A stretch of DNA of 64,000 nucleotides from an uncultured Verrucomicrobiota bacterium (lineage in GTDB: Bacteria; Verrucomicrobiota; Verrucomicrobiia; Limisphaerales; MWDV01): positions 1,689-65,688 of the forward strand of contig CAZJTM010000005.1 in the NCBI GenBank assembly GCA_964548925.1, in the 5' to 3' direction. The notes under the pieces were generated by a model. The model saw only the letters and a list, made by a program, of their open reading frames with translations. It was not told the DNA's origin and did no database searches. The first letter of the stretch is position 1; every line of letters starts with the position of its first letter. The position numbers and the translations under genes are program-made. Shown in pieces: positions 10,619 through 20,740 of the stretch.

Positions 10619-11650
10619 ATGAGAAACAACATGAAGACGATTCTCCCGATTCGCCTGACCGCTTTCGCACTGACTCTCACCAGCCTGATGTTGGCGGCCT
10701 CGTCACTGGCCAAAGACATCGCATTGCTGAACGTCTCCTACGACCCGACCCGCGAGCTTTACACTGAGTTCAACGCCGCGTTCGCCAAGCACTGGAAGGA
10801 AAAGACCGGCGACACGGTCACGATCCAGCAATCCCACGGCGGCGCCGGCAAACAGGCGCGCGCGGTGATTGATGGGCTGCAAGCCGACGTCGTCACGCTC
10901 GCGCTGGCCTACGACATTGACACCATCGCCGAGAAGGCGAAGCTCTTCCCCGCCGATTGGCAGAAGCGCCTTGCGAACAAGAGCTCCCCCTACACCTCAA
11001 CGATCCTCTTCCTCGTCCGGAAGGGAAACCCGAAAGGCATTAAGGATTGGGACGATCTCGTGAAGCCCGGCGTCTCGGTAATCACCCCGAACCCGAAGAC
11101 CTCCGGCGGCGCCCGGTGGAATTACCTCGCCGCTTGGGGCTACGCGCTCCGAAAGAACAGCAATGACGAGGCCAAGGCCCGAGAGTTCGTGGCGAAGTTG
11201 TTCAAGAACGTGCCCGTCCTCGACTCCGGTGCGCGCGGCGCGACAACCACGTTTGTCCAGCGTGGCATTGGCGACGTCTTCATCTCATGGGAAAATGAGG
11301 CGTTCCTTGCCGTGAAGGAATTCGGCGCGGACAAGGTGGAAATCGTCGTGCCCTCGGTTAGCATTCTGGCTGAGCCGCCCGTGACCGTGGTGGACCGGGT
11401 TGCCCGGCGCAAAGGCACGGAGCCCGTGGCCAAGGCGTACCTGGAGTACCTTTACAGTGACGAGGGCCAAGACCTCGCCGGCAAACATTTCTACCGCCCG
11501 CGCTCCGAAAAGGCCGCCGCCAGATACGCCAGGACCTTCGCAAAGGTCGAACTGTTCACGATTGATGAAGTCTTCGGCGGCTGGCAGAAGGCCCAGAAGA
11601 CCCACTTCAACGACGGCGGCGTCTTCGACCAAATCTACAAGCCGCAATGA
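10619..11650 (+). CDS. sbp: Sulfate/thiosulfate ABC transporter substrate-binding protein
   Basis: [13 protein letters not shown]...[31 protein letters not shown]...WENEA. The start is taken at the first ATG (MRNNMKTIL). Confidence 0.9.
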   Translation: MRNNMKTILPIRLTAFALTLTSLMLAASSLAKDIALLNVSYDPTRELYTEFNAAFAKHWKEKTGDTVTIQQSHGGAGKQARAVIDGLQADVVTLALAYDIDTIAEKAKLFPADWQKRLANKSSPYTSTILFLVRKGNPKGIKDWDDLVKPGVSVITPNPKTSGGARWNYLAAWGYALRKNSNDEAKAREFVAKLFKNVPVLDSGARGATTTFVQRGIGDVFISWENEAFLAVKEFGADKVEIVVPSVSILAEPPVTVVDRVARRKGTEPVAKAYLEYLYSDEGQDLAGKHFYRPRSEKAAARYARTFAKVELFTIDEVFGGWQKAQKTHFNDGGVFDQIYKPQ

Positions 11651-12483
11651 CCGGAGTCCTTTCCAAAGAACGCAGCGCGCTGCCAGGCTTCCGGCTGACG
11701 CTGGGCTACACGGTGGTGTATCTGGGCCTCATCGTGCTGATCCCACTGACAGCGACGTTCCTCAAAACGACGTCGCTGTCGTGGGGCGCGTTTTGGGAAG
11801 CGGTGGCCTCGCCGCGCGTGCTGGCGTCCTACCGTCTCACGTTCGGCGCCTCGCTGATCGCCGCGACGATCAACGCGGGCTTCGGTCTGCTCGTGGCGTG
11901 GGTGCTGGTGCGCTACTCGTTCCCGGGCAAGCGCGTCGTGGACGCGTTTGCGGACCTGCCCTTCGCACTGCCCACCGCGGTGGCGGGCATCGCGTTGGCA
12001 GCGATCTATGCCAAGAACGGCTGGATTGGTCAATTCATGTGGCCGCTGGGCATCCAGATGGCTTTCAGCCGGCTCGGCGTCCTCATCGCGCTCACATTCA
12101 TCGGTCTGCCGTTCGTCGTGCGCACCGTGCAACCGGTGCTGGAGGACCTGGAGGTTGAATTGGAAGAAGCCGCCGCGAGCCTCGGCGCAAACCGCTGGCA
12201 AACCTTCCGCCGCGTGTTGCTGCCGCCGCTCTCCCCATCGTTGCTGACCGGCTTTGCGCTGGCCTTCGCGCGAGCGCTCGGTGAATACGGCTCGGTGGTT
12301 TTCATTTCGGGCAACATGCCCATGCGGACCGAAATCACACCGCTGCTGATCATCACGAAGCTGGAGCAATACGACTACGCCGGCGCCACGGCCATCGCGG
12401 TCGTGATGCTCGTGGCGTCGTTCGCACTGCTTCTGGTTATCAACCTGCTCCAGAGGTGGAGCCGCTGCCGTATCGGGCACTGA
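11647..12483 (+). CDS. cysT: Sulfate ABC transporter permease CysT
   Basis: ATGA overlap with sbp. [20 protein letters not shown] (EAA loop). Six TM segments. Confidence 0.9.
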   Translation: MTGVLSKERSALPGFRLTLGYTVVYLGLIVLIPLTATFLKTTSLSWGAFWEAVASPRVLASYRLTFGASLIAATINAGFGLLVAWVLVRYSFPGKRVVDAFADLPFALPTAVAGIALAAIYAKNGWIGQFMWPLGIQMAFSRLGVLIALTFIGLPFVVRTVQPVLEDLEVELEEAAASLGANRWQTFRRVLLPPLSPSLLTGFALAFARALGEYGSVVFISGNMPMRTEITPLLIITKLEQYDYAGATAIAVVMLVASFALLLVINLLQRWSRCRIGH

Positions 12484-12490
12484 GTACTCC

Positions 12491-13363
12491 ATGGCTGGCA
12501 TCATCACCAGACTGAATCGCCCGGCAATCAGCCGTCGCGCAACCCACGACCCGGCGTGGGTGCGCTGGACGCTGATCGCCGCCGCGCTGGTCTTCCTTGG
12601 CTTGTTCCTGTTCGTGCCGCTGGCGGCCGTGTTCACGGAGGCGTTCCGCCGCGGAATCGGCCCCTACTTCGCGGCCTTGAGCGATCCCGATGCGCTCGCG
12701 GCGATTCGCCTCACCGTCACTGTGGCGGCGATCGCCGTGCCCCTGAACCTGGTCTTTGGCGTGGCGGCATCCTGGGCCATCGCCAAGTTCGAGTTTCGTG
12801 GCAAAAGCCTGCTCACCACGCTGATTGACCTCCCGTTCGCCGTCTCGCCGGTGATCTCCGGGCTGATCTACGTCCTGCTCTTCGGCGCGCAAGGCTGGCT
12901 CGGGCCGTGGTTGATGGATCACGACCTTCGCATCATCTTCGCCGTGCCCGGCATCGTGCTCGCCACGATCTTCGTCACATTCCCGTTTGTGGCCCGCGAA
13001 CTCATCCCGCTGATGCAGTCGCAGGGCAACGACGAGGAATACGCCGCGCTCACGCTCGGCGCGAGCGGTTGGCAGACGTTCCGGCGCGTGACCCTGCCGA
13101 ACATCAAGTGGGGTTTGTTCTACGGCGTGATCCTCTGCAACGCCCGCGCGATGGGCGAGTTCGGCGCCGTGTCTGTGGTGTCGGGCCACATCCGCGGGCA
13201 AACGAACACAATGCCTCTGCATGTGGAAATCCTCTACAACGAATACAACTTCGTGGCTGCGTTCGCCGTGGCGTCGCTCCTGAGCCTGCTGGCGCTGGTC
13301 ACGCTGGCGCTGAAGAGCTACGTGGAGTCGCACAGCCACACCAAACTCACAATCGCTCCATGA
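12491..13363 (+). CDS. cysW: Sulfate ABC transporter permease CysW
   Basis: [25 protein letters not shown] loop. A paralogue of CysT immediately downstream. Confidence 0.9.
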   Translation: MAGIITRLNRPAISRRATHDPAWVRWTLIAAALVFLGLFLFVPLAAVFTEAFRRGIGPYFAALSDPDALAAIRLTVTVAAIAVPLNLVFGVAASWAIAKFEFRGKSLLTTLIDLPFAVSPVISGLIYVLLFGAQGWLGPWLMDHDLRIIFAVPGIVLATIFVTFPFVARELIPLMQSQGNDEEYAALTLGASGWQTFRRVTLPNIKWGLFYGVILCNARAMGEFGAVSVVSGHIRGQTNTMPLHVEILYNEYNFVAAFAVASLLSLLALVTLALKSYVESHSHTKLTIAP

Positions 13364-14436
13364 GCATTGAAGTCCGCAACATCACCAAGCGCTTTGGCAG
13401 TTTCACCGCGCTGAACGACGTGAGCCTCGAAGTGCGCCCGGGCGAACTGGTGGCGCTCCTCGGGCCGTCCGGCTCGGGGAAGACCACGCTCCTGCGCATC
13501 ATCGCTGGACTGGAATTCGCTGATCCGGGTTCGGCACAAATTCTCTTCGACGGTCAGGACGTCACCCACAGTTCGGCTGCCGCGCGCCAAGTGGGTTTCG
13601 CCTTCCAGCACTACGCGCTGTTCCGGCACATGAGCGTGTTCGAAAATGTGGCGTTCGGTTTGCGAGTGCGCCCCCGAGCCACCCGGCCGGCCGAACCGGA
13701 AATCCGCCAACGCGTCAAGGAACTCCTTGAACTGGTCCAGTTGGAGAACTTCGGGCAACGCCTGCCCTCACAACTCTCCGGCGGCCAGCGACAACGCGTG
13801 GCTCTCGCCCGCGCCCTGGCGGTGGAGCCGAAGGTCTTGCTCCTTGACGAGCCGTTCGGCGCGTTGGATGCGCGCGTTCGCAAGGAACTACGCCGCTGGT
13901 TGCGCGAACTGCACCAGAAAGTTCACGTCACCACGCTGTTCGTCACGCACGACCAGGACGAGGCGCTGGAAGTCGCCAGCCGCATCGTGGTCATGAACGA
14001 GGGCCGGATCGAACAGATCGGCACGCCGGACGAAGTCTATGACCGCCCTGTGAATCCGTTCGTCTATAACTTCCTCGGCAGCGTAAACCTCTTTCACGGT
14101 CGCATCCGCGATGGGATGGTTCATCTCGGCAGCAGCGCGTATCATTTGCCAGAGGCCAGTGGCGGACAGGATGCGCCGGCCGTGGCCTACGTTCGCCCGC
14201 ATGAAGTCAAGGTGCTCAACCAGCCGCGCGGCCCCGCGAGTCTGGCGGCGCGGATTCACCACGTGAACTCGGCCGGCCCGGTCGTTCGCCTGGAACTGGA
14301 GCGCGCCGACGATGGCAGCCGATTCGCCGCCGAACTGACCCGCGAGGAAAGCCGGGGCCTCGAACTCACACCCGGCGCACAAGTCTATGTGGAATTGAAG
14401 AAAGTCCGCGTCTTCGCCGAGGACTACTCGATCTGA
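13360..14436 (+). CDS. cysA: Sulfate ABC transporter ATP-binding protein CysA
   Basis: [13 protein letters not shown]...GPSGSGKTT (Walker A), [26 protein letters not shown] overlap with the cysW stop. The track ORF from 12907 is an out-of-context extension. Confidence 0.92.
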   Translation: MSIEVRNITKRFGSFTALNDVSLEVRPGELVALLGPSGSGKTTLLRIIAGLEFADPGSAQILFDGQDVTHSSAAARQVGFAFQHYALFRHMSVFENVAFGLRVRPRATRPAEPEIRQRVKELLELVQLENFGQRLPSQLSGGQRQRVALARALAVEPKVLLLDEPFGALDARVRKELRRWLRELHQKVHVTTLFVTHDQDEALEVASRIVVMNEGRIEQIGTPDEVYDRPVNPFVYNFLGSVNLFHGRIRDGMVHLGSSAYHLPEASGGQDAPAVAYVRPHEVKVLNQPRGPASLAARIHHVNSAGPVVRLELERADDGSRFAAELTREESRGLELTPGAQVYVELKKVRVFAEDYSI

Positions 14437-14524
14437 GATGAGAACGGTTTGCGAACCATCACTCCAAGCAGGCTGTGCATTGTCGTTTGCTGATGCTAGC
14501 CTCTCCCTGAAACGAATCTGACCT

Positions 14525-16210
14525 ATGACGACAACGACAACAACCGCGACACCGACGCGCAACGAGGGACTCAAGTCCGGCAGCCCGACGCTCGCCGGCA
14601 CGATTGCGCAGACCCTGCGTGACCCTGCGCTCGACCGCTTTTCCGACGACGACTACGAGTTCCTGAAATTCCACGGCGTCTATCAACAGGACGACCGCGA
14701 CCTGCGCAAGACCGGCAAGAAATACATCTTCATGGTGCGCCTGCGGCTACCAGGCGGCGTGCTAACTCCGGCCCAGTATTTGGCGTGCGACGCGCTGGCA
14801 TCCCGCCACGCAAACAACACCTTGCGCGTGACCTCGCGCCAGGGTTTGCAGTTCCACGGCGTCGTGAAGTCAGGACTTGGCGCACTGATCAAGGGCATCA
14901 ACGACGCGCTGCTCAGCACGCTGGCGGCCTGCGGTGACGTTAACCGCAACATCATGGCCCCGCCCACGCCGGCGCAGAATGGTCTGGGCACGCTGGTGCT
15001 TCGGCACGCGCGCGAAGTCGCTGCCGCCGTGGCACCGCGCACGCCCGCTTACCACTCAATCTGGCTCGAGGGTGTTGAATTGAATCTGCAAGACCCGGCG
15101 AACAAGGACTTCACCGACCCGCTTTACGGCAAAACGTACCTGCCGCGGAAGTTCAAGATCGGTTTCGCCATTCCGCCGCTCAACGACGTGGATGTCTTCA
15201 CGAATTGCTGCGGCTTTATTGCCATCAACGACGACACCGGAAAACTGCTGGGCTACAATCTGACCGCCGGCGGCGGCATGGGACGCAGCCACGGCAACGA
15301 GGAGACCTTCCCACGCGTGGCGGATGTCATCGGTTTTCTCGCGCCGGAAGCAGTGGTGGATGTCGCCCGGGCCGTCCTCACCATTCACCGCGATTTTGGC
15401 GACCGCTCAAATCGCAAACACGCCCGCCTGAAATACGTGCTGGCCGACCGCGGCCCGCAGTGGTTTCGCGCGGAACTGGAACGCCGGCTGGGCTTCGCGC
15501 TCGCGGAACCCAAGCCCTTTGCCTTCCAACGGCAGGGCGACGCCTTTGGCTGGCACGCGCAAACGGACGGGCGGTTGTTTCTCGGCGTCTTCGTCGAAAC
15601 GGGCCGGATCAAAGACCACGGGCCGGTTCGCTTGAAGACGGCGCTGCGGGCGGTGGTGGAGCAGTTCCAACCAGAGATCCGCCTCACACCATCCAACAAC
15701 GTGCTGCTGGCAAACCTCGCACCGGCGGATCGGGAGGCCATCAACCGCCTGTTCGACGCGCACGGTGTGGACCTGAGCCGGCAGGGCAGCGCACTGCGTC
15801 GCGCCTCGATGGCGTGCGTATCGCTGCCCACTTGTGGATTGGGTTTGGCTGAGAGTGAACGCTATTTGCCGGGGCTGATCACGCGTCTCGAAGCGTTGCT
15901 CGGCGAGGTGGGACTAGGCGGGCAGGAAATCATCATCCGCATGACCGGTTGCCCGAACGGCTGCGCCCGGCCTTACATGGCTGAGATCGGGTTTGTGGGC
16001 AAAGCGCCGGGGCGTTACCAAATTTGGTTGGGCGGCAATGAACCCAGCACCCGCCTGAACCGCCTTTGGAAGGACGGGGTCAAAGACGCCGACATCGAGA
16101 CGGAATTGCGTCCCGTGCTGGCCCGCTACGCGGCGGAGCGCCAGACCAATGAACGGTTCGGCGATTGGGTGGAGCGCGTGTTGTGGAAGGAACGGCCCGC
16201 AGGGGTTTGA
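14525..16210 (+). CDS. cysI: Assimilatory sulfite reductase hemoprotein (ferredoxin- or NADPH-dependent type)
   Basis: FLKFHGVYQQDDRD...LRVTSRQGLQFHGV...ACVSLPTCGLGLAE...TGCPNGCARP (siroheme/4Fe-4S Cys cluster). No cysJ is adjacent. Confidence 0.9.
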   Translation: MTTTTTTATPTRNEGLKSGSPTLAGTIAQTLRDPALDRFSDDDYEFLKFHGVYQQDDRDLRKTGKKYIFMVRLRLPGGVLTPAQYLACDALASRHANNTLRVTSRQGLQFHGVVKSGLGALIKGINDALLSTLAACGDVNRNIMAPPTPAQNGLGTLVLRHAREVAAAVAPRTPAYHSIWLEGVELNLQDPANKDFTDPLYGKTYLPRKFKIGFAIPPLNDVDVFTNCCGFIAINDDTGKLLGYNLTAGGGMGRSHGNEETFPRVADVIGFLAPEAVVDVARAVLTIHRDFGDRSNRKHARLKYVLADRGPQWFRAELERRLGFALAEPKPFAFQRQGDAFGWHAQTDGRLFLGVFVETGRIKDHGPVRLKTALRAVVEQFQPEIRLTPSNNVLLANLAPADREAINRLFDAHGVDLSRQGSALRRASMACVSLPTCGLGLAESERYLPGLITRLEALLGEVGLGGQEIIIRMTGCPNGCARPYMAEIGFVGKAPGRYQIWLGGNEPSTRLNRLWKDGVKDADIETELRPVLARYAAERQTNERFGDWVERVLWKERPAGV

Positions 16211-16297
16211 TCCATGTCTGCCTTCCTCACAATGCTCCAAAGAAGAAACGGACGCCCGTTCATCAACGAGCGTCCGCGCGTAAAACCCTCCGGCGTT

Positions 16298-16936
16298 TCA
16301 GCCGTTCAACGCTTCATAAACCTTGCCCACCATTTTCTCGCTGGGCTTGAGCGTCTTGCCCCCTTGCTTCCATTTCGCCGGGCAGGCTTCATCCGGATGC
16401 GCCATCAAATACACGTTGGCTTCCATCTTCCGCAGCAGTTCATCGGCGTTGCGCCCGACGTTGTAGAAGTTGACCTCGGAGGAAACGAGCTTGCCTTGCG
16501 GGCTGATGAGAAACGTACCGCGCAACGCCAGGCCCGAAGCCGGGTCCAGCACGCCGAACAGCCGGCTCACCGTGCCGGTCGGGTCCGCGCCCATCAGGTA
16601 GCCCACCTTGGAAAGCAGCTTCTCGGAGTCGCGCCACGCCAGGTGGGCGAACTTGGTGTCCGTCGAAACCGACACGACCACCGCGCCAAGCTTGCGCAGC
16701 GCCTCGTGCTTTTCGGCGAGGTCCGCCAGTTCCGTGGGGCAAACAAACGTGAAGTCCGCCGGGTAGAACACCAGCAACATCCAGCGCTCCTGCTTGCGCA
16801 CCGAGTCGAGCGAGATCTTCCCAAACGCCCGATCCACCGGATCATAGACTTCCATTTCAAAGTTCGGCACCTGCATGCCGACCGACACCACCTGCTTGCC
16901 ACATTCGCAAAGACCACCACTAGCCGTGTCACTCAT
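16298..16936 (-). CDS. Typical 2-Cys peroxiredoxin (AhpC/Tsa family)
   Basis: FYPADFTFVCPTELADLAEKH...VSTDTKFAHLAWR, with a resolving Cys near the C-terminus (EACPAKW). Confidence 0.9.
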   Translation of the reverse strand: MSDTASGGLCECGKQVVSVGMQVPNFEMEVYDPVDRAFGKISLDSVRKQERWMLLVFYPADFTFVCPTELADLAEKHEALRKLGAVVVSVSTDTKFAHLAWRDSEKLLSKVGYLMGADPTGTVSRLFGVLDPASGLALRGTFLISPQGKLVSSEVNFYNVGRNADELLRKMEANVYLMAHPDEACPAKWKQGGKTLKPSEKMVGKVYEALNG

Positions 16937-17085
16937 GATTTTGTTCCTGAATCAGATTCCCAGTTGCCTGCCGGACACTCCAGCCGCGCCAACCCGTGGG
17001 CGGCCTCCCGGCAGAATCGCGCCATAAGAAGCCCAAGAGCGGCGCTTTGTCAAATGCCCTTCCGGGGTGCGCACTGATTTACTCC

Positions 17086-17745
17086 ATGACCTCGCAACAA
17101 ATCAGCGCGGTGAACGATCGCCTGCGATTCCAGTCGCCGCTGGAAATCGTGCGCTGGGCCATTGCCCAAAGCGGCGGGCGAGCCGTGATCTCGACCAACT
17201 TCCGTCCCTACGAGGCCGTGTTGCTCCATCTCTGTGTGCAGGTGCAACCGGACATCCCCGTGCTTTGGGTGGACCACGGCTACAACCGGCCCGCAACATA
17301 TCGTCACGCAGAGGAATTGCGGCATCGCCTGAAATTGAATCTCAAGACCTACCTGCCGAAACTTTCCGCCGCGCACCGCGATGCGGTTTACGGACCAATC
17401 CCAACACCGGAGGATGAGGCCGGGCTGAAGCAGTTCAGCGCGCTGATGAAGCTCGAACCCTTCCAGCGCGGCATGCGTGAGCTTGCACCCGCCGTTTGGC
17501 TTACCGCGCTCCGCAAAGTTCAAAACCCGCACCGCGCCGGACTCGATATCGTCTCCCACGACGCAAACTTCGGCACGCTCAAGGTCAACCCGGTGTTTTA
17601 CTGGAGCGACGCGGAGATGGAGGCTTATCTCAAACAACATGACCTACCCAACGAGTGGGACTATTTCGACCCCGCCAAGGCGGATGAAAAGCGCGAGTGC
17701 GGTTTGCACGCGGCGTGGGGACGCGAAGTCGTCGCGAAGGCGTGA
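17086..17745 (+). CDS. cysH: Phosphoadenosine phosphosulfate (PAPS/APS) reductase, cluster-less type
   Basis: VISTNFRPYEAVLLHL..., C-terminal ECGLH motif. No CC...CxxC iron-sulfur motif. The start is taken at MTSQQ (ATG 17086). Confidence 0.85.
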   Translation: MTSQQISAVNDRLRFQSPLEIVRWAIAQSGGRAVISTNFRPYEAVLLHLCVQVQPDIPVLWVDHGYNRPATYRHAEELRHRLKLNLKTYLPKLSAAHRDAVYGPIPTPEDEAGLKQFSALMKLEPFQRGMRELAPAVWLTALRKVQNPHRAGLDIVSHDANFGTLKVNPVFYWSDAEMEAYLKQHDLPNEWDYFDPAKADEKRECGLHAAWGREVVAKA

Positions 17746-17773
17746 CACGAATTGCCCGAATGCCCACGAATCC
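17746..17773. repeat. Degenerate direct 9-mers (cacgaattg / cccgaatgc / cacgaatcc) abutting the cysH stop
   Basis: cacgaattg (17746-17754) is the exact reverse complement of the tandem caattcgtg units at 18163-18180, on the other side of the GxxExxY gene. Confidence 0.6.
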
Positions 17774-17776
17774 CGC

Positions 17777-18151
17777 ATGAGCGAACTGATCTTCAAACAG
17801 GAGTGTTTCCAACTGGTCGGCTTCTGCATGGAAATCCACCGCGAATTGGGCAAGGGCCATGATGAAGTCATCTACAAGGATGCCCTCGTCGTTGAACTCG
17901 GCCGCGCGGGCATTCCCTTCTCCCGCGAAACGAAGTACGAGATCCGTTACAAGGGCGCACTTCTGCCACACCATTACTACGCTGACTTCGTCATCTGGGA
18001 CAGAATTCTCTTCGAGGCCAAAGCTGTCGAAAAACTGACCGATGCCCACGTTAAGCAAGTCCTCAATTATCTGGCCGCCTCCAGGTTGCGGCTGGGACTG
18101 CTGGTCAACTTCGGCGGCGATTCTCTGGAATGGAAACGCGTCATCCTCTGA
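17777..18151 (+). CDS. GxxExxY family protein (PD-(D/E)XK nuclease-like fold)
   Basis: MSELIFKQECFQLVGFCMEIHRELGKGHDEVIYKDAL (G-HD-E-VI-Y), ...DFVIWDRILFEAKA...QVLNYL...GLLVNFG. Confidence 0.8.
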   Translation: MSELIFKQECFQLVGFCMEIHRELGKGHDEVIYKDALVVELGRAGIPFSRETKYEIRYKGALLPHHYYADFVIWDRILFEAKAVEKLTDAHVKQVLNYLAASRLRLGLLVNFGGDSLEWKRVIL

Positions 18152-18162
18152 TCCATTGGTGT

Positions 18163-18180
18163 CAATTCGTGCAATTCGTG
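18163..18180. repeat. Tandem caattcgtg x2, inverted relative to 17746-17754
   Basis: Two exact adjacent 9-mers lie between the GxxExxY stop (18151) and the cysD ATG (18185). Confidence 0.6.
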
Positions 18181-18184
18181 TCAC

Positions 18185-19087
18185 ATGACCAGCTATCACC
18201 TCGATCATCTTCAGTATCTCGAAACCGAGGCCATTCACGTGCTGCGCGAGGTCGCCGCCGAATTCGAGCGCCCCGCGCTCCTGTTCTCCGGCGGCAAGGA
18301 CTCGATCTGCCTGCTGCGCTTGGCGGAAAAGGCCTTTCGCCCTTCCGATATCCCGATGCCCTTCCTGAACGTGGACACGGGCCATCACTTCCCCGAGTTG
18401 AACGAGTTCCGCGACCGCCGCGCGGCCGAACTCGGCGGGAAGTTGATCGTCCGCAAGGTGGAAGACGCCATCGCCTCCGGCGTCGCCGTTCCCTCGCCCG
18501 GAGAGATCAGCCGCAATCGGCTGCAAATCCCCACCCTGCTCGCCGCCATTGAGGAGTTCCACTTCGACTGCTTGATCGGCGGCGCGCGGCGCGACGAGGA
18601 GAAGGCCCGCGCCAAGGAACGCTTCTTCAGCTTTCGCGATGCCTTTGGCCAGTGGGATCCCAAAAACCAGCGCCCGGAGATTTGGAATCTCTACAACGCG
18701 CGCGTGAACCCCGGCGAGCACATGCGCGTCTTTCCGCTCTCCAACTGGACCGAGATGGACGTTTGGGAATACATCAAACGCGAGCGGCTCGAAGTGCCGA
18801 GCATCTATTTCAGCCACCGCCGTCAATGTGTCCGGCGCAACGGCCAGTGGCTGCCGGTCAGCGACCTGCTCCCGCTCAAACCGAACGAAACCGTGAAGGA
18901 CTTGGTGGTCCGCGTCCGCACCATCGGCGACATCATCAGCACCGGCATGGTGGAAAGCCCGGCCAACACCGTGGACGATATCATCGCCGAGATTGCCGCC
19001 GCCCGCGTGACCGAGCGCGGCAGCCGCGCCGACGACAAATCGAGCGAAGCGGCGATGGAGGACCGGAAGAAAGCGGGGTATTTTTGA
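18185..19087 (+). CDS. cysD: Sulfate adenylyltransferase subunit 2
   Basis: LDHLQYLETEAIHVLREV...LLFSGGKDSICLL (PP-loop), ...RERFFSFRD... Confidence 0.95.
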   Translation: MTSYHLDHLQYLETEAIHVLREVAAEFERPALLFSGGKDSICLLRLAEKAFRPSDIPMPFLNVDTGHHFPELNEFRDRRAAELGGKLIVRKVEDAIASGVAVPSPGEISRNRLQIPTLLAAIEEFHFDCLIGGARRDEEKARAKERFFSFRDAFGQWDPKNQRPEIWNLYNARVNPGEHMRVFPLSNWTEMDVWEYIKRERLEVPSIYFSHRRQCVRRNGQWLPVSDLLPLKPNETVKDLVVRVRTIGDIISTGMVESPANTVDDIIAEIAAARVTERGSRADDKSSEAAMEDRKKAGYF

Positions 19088-19095
19088 AACACTAT

Positions 19096-19213
19096 GAGGC
19101 TCTTTCAAAAGGTTGCGGAAGCGTCGCGTGAGGGCACGCGGCCTACAGGCACCGGGCAAGGGCTCACCGATTGTAGGCCGGCTGCCCTCAGCCAGCAGAA
19201 GTTTTGAAAGAGC
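19096..19213. repeat. Nested long inverted repeat (hairpin element) in the cysD-cysN spacer
   Basis: Outer arms: gaggctctttcaaaagg (19096-19112) and agttttgaaagagcg (19199-19213). Inner arms: tgagggca..ggcctaca (19129-19147) and tgtaggcc..tgccctca (19172-19190). Confidence 0.65.
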
Positions 19214-19354
19214 GTCCCATGACTCGAAGGCCAACGCAGAAGCAAAGCAAGAAAGTAGCGCCAAGTCGTCCCTGGATGCGCCTAGCCGGCGTCCCGAAGG
19301 GCGCGCCATGCGATCTTTCGAAGCGGAAAGCATACTCCCATTCATAACTCTCTC

Positions 19355-20674
19355 ATGCCCCACACCCAACACCCCATCGAGATTCTCCGCTTTAACACCT
19401 GCGGCAGCGTGGACGACGGCAAGTCCACGCTCATCGGCCGGCTGCTCTATGATTCCAAGAACCTCATGGAGGACCAGATCGAGGCGCTGGAGCGCTCCGC
19501 CGACATCACGGGCGGCGGCCAGATCAACCTGGCCAATCTCACCGACGGCCTCCGGGCGGAGCGCGAGCAGGGCATCACCATTGACGTCGCCTACCGTTAC
19601 TTCGCCACGCCGCGCCGCAAGTTCATCGTCGCCGACACGCCGGGCCACGTGCAGTACACGCGCAACATGGTCACCGGCGCTTCCACCGCGAACCTCTCGA
19701 TCGTGCTGGTGGACGCGCGGCAGGGCGTCATCGAGCAGACCCGCCGGCACAGCTACATCTCGGCGTTGCTCGGCATTCCGCACATCGTTTTCGCGGTGAA
19801 CAAAATGGACCTCGTGGATTGGAACGAAGATCGTTTCCTCGGGATTCGCGACGACATTGAAGCGTTCCTGCCCAAGCTCGACGCATTCAAAGACGTGAAA
19901 TTCGTGCCCATCAGCGCGTTGAACGGCGACAACGTCGTCGAACCGTCGCCGCACGCGCCCTGGTATGAAGGGCCGACCCTGCTCCGGCATCTCGAAACCG
20001 TTCACATCGCCAGTGACTGGAACTTGCAGGTGTTTCGTTTCCCGGTGCAATGGGTCAATCGCCCGAACAACCCGCGCGATCCGGCGCTCCACGACTTCCG
20101 CGGGCTCAGCGGGCAGATCGCCGGAGGCATCGTGCGGGTCGGCGACAAGTTGCTGGCCCTGCCCAGCGGCGCACGCGGCACGGTGAAACAGATTTGGACG
20201 CATGACGGCTTGCTTGAAGAAGCCTTCTGCCCGCAAAGCGTCACGCTGGTGCTGGAGGAAGACATTGACATCAGCCGCGGCGACATGCTGGTGAGCGCGA
20301 GTTCGCTGCCTGGCTTGAGCACGGATTTGCGCGCGAAGATAAGCTGGATGCACCCGCGCCCGTTGCAGCGTGGGCGCAAGCTCTTCCTCAAGCACACCAC
20401 GCAAACCGCGCAAGCCATCGTCAGCACACTGGAGAGCCGGGTGGACATCCAGACCTTCGAGTCGCAACCCGAACCGGCCGAATTGAGATTGAACGACATC
20501 GGCGAAGTCCGGCTGCGCACGTCCAAGCCGCTGGCCTACGATGGCTACGCCACGAACCGGCTGACTGGCGCATTCATCCTGATCGAGCAAGGCACGAACG
20601 CCACCGTTGCCGCCGGCATGCTGCTCCCGCCGCTCGAAGCCGCCAAACTGGAATATACGGATTTCGCGATTTGA
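19355..20674 (+). CDS. cysN: Sulfate adenylyltransferase subunit 1 (GTPase), no fused APS kinase domain
   Basis: GSVDDGKSTLIGRLL (G1), DTPGH, NKMD. At 439 aa it lacks a CysC domain. Confidence 0.95.
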   Translation: MPHTQHPIEILRFNTCGSVDDGKSTLIGRLLYDSKNLMEDQIEALERSADITGGGQINLANLTDGLRAEREQGITIDVAYRYFATPRRKFIVADTPGHVQYTRNMVTGASTANLSIVLVDARQGVIEQTRRHSYISALLGIPHIVFAVNKMDLVDWNEDRFLGIRDDIEAFLPKLDAFKDVKFVPISALNGDNVVEPSPHAPWYEGPTLLRHLETVHIASDWNLQVFRFPVQWVNRPNNPRDPALHDFRGLSGQIAGGIVRVGDKLLALPSGARGTVKQIWTHDGLLEEAFCPQSVTLVLEEDIDISRGDMLVSASSLPGLSTDLRAKISWMHPRPLQRGRKLFLKHTTQTAQAIVSTLESRVDIQTFESQPEPAELRLNDIGEVRLRTSKPLAYDGYATNRLTGAFILIEQGTNATVAAGMLLPPLEAAKLEYTDFAI

Positions 20675-20740
20675 CGCCCAGCCGGTGTACGTCGCCGAAT
20701 CGGGTTGCCGGCAATGCCACCAGGTTGTGCTTCAAGGAGG

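Noticed and set aside
12907-14436. A 509-aa version of cysA starting inside cysW.
   Set aside because: The N-terminal 150 residues are Arg-rich read-through of cysW in another frame. The canonical ABC ATPase begins at [13 protein letters not shown] (13360), with ATGA coupling to the cysW stop.
17630-20590. A 986-aa ORF on the minus strand.
   Set aside because: It is entirely antisense to four well-supported genes (cysH end, GxxExxY, cysD, cysN). Its composition is Arg/Ala/Gly/Val/His-rich with no motifs. It is a typical high-GC shadow ORF.
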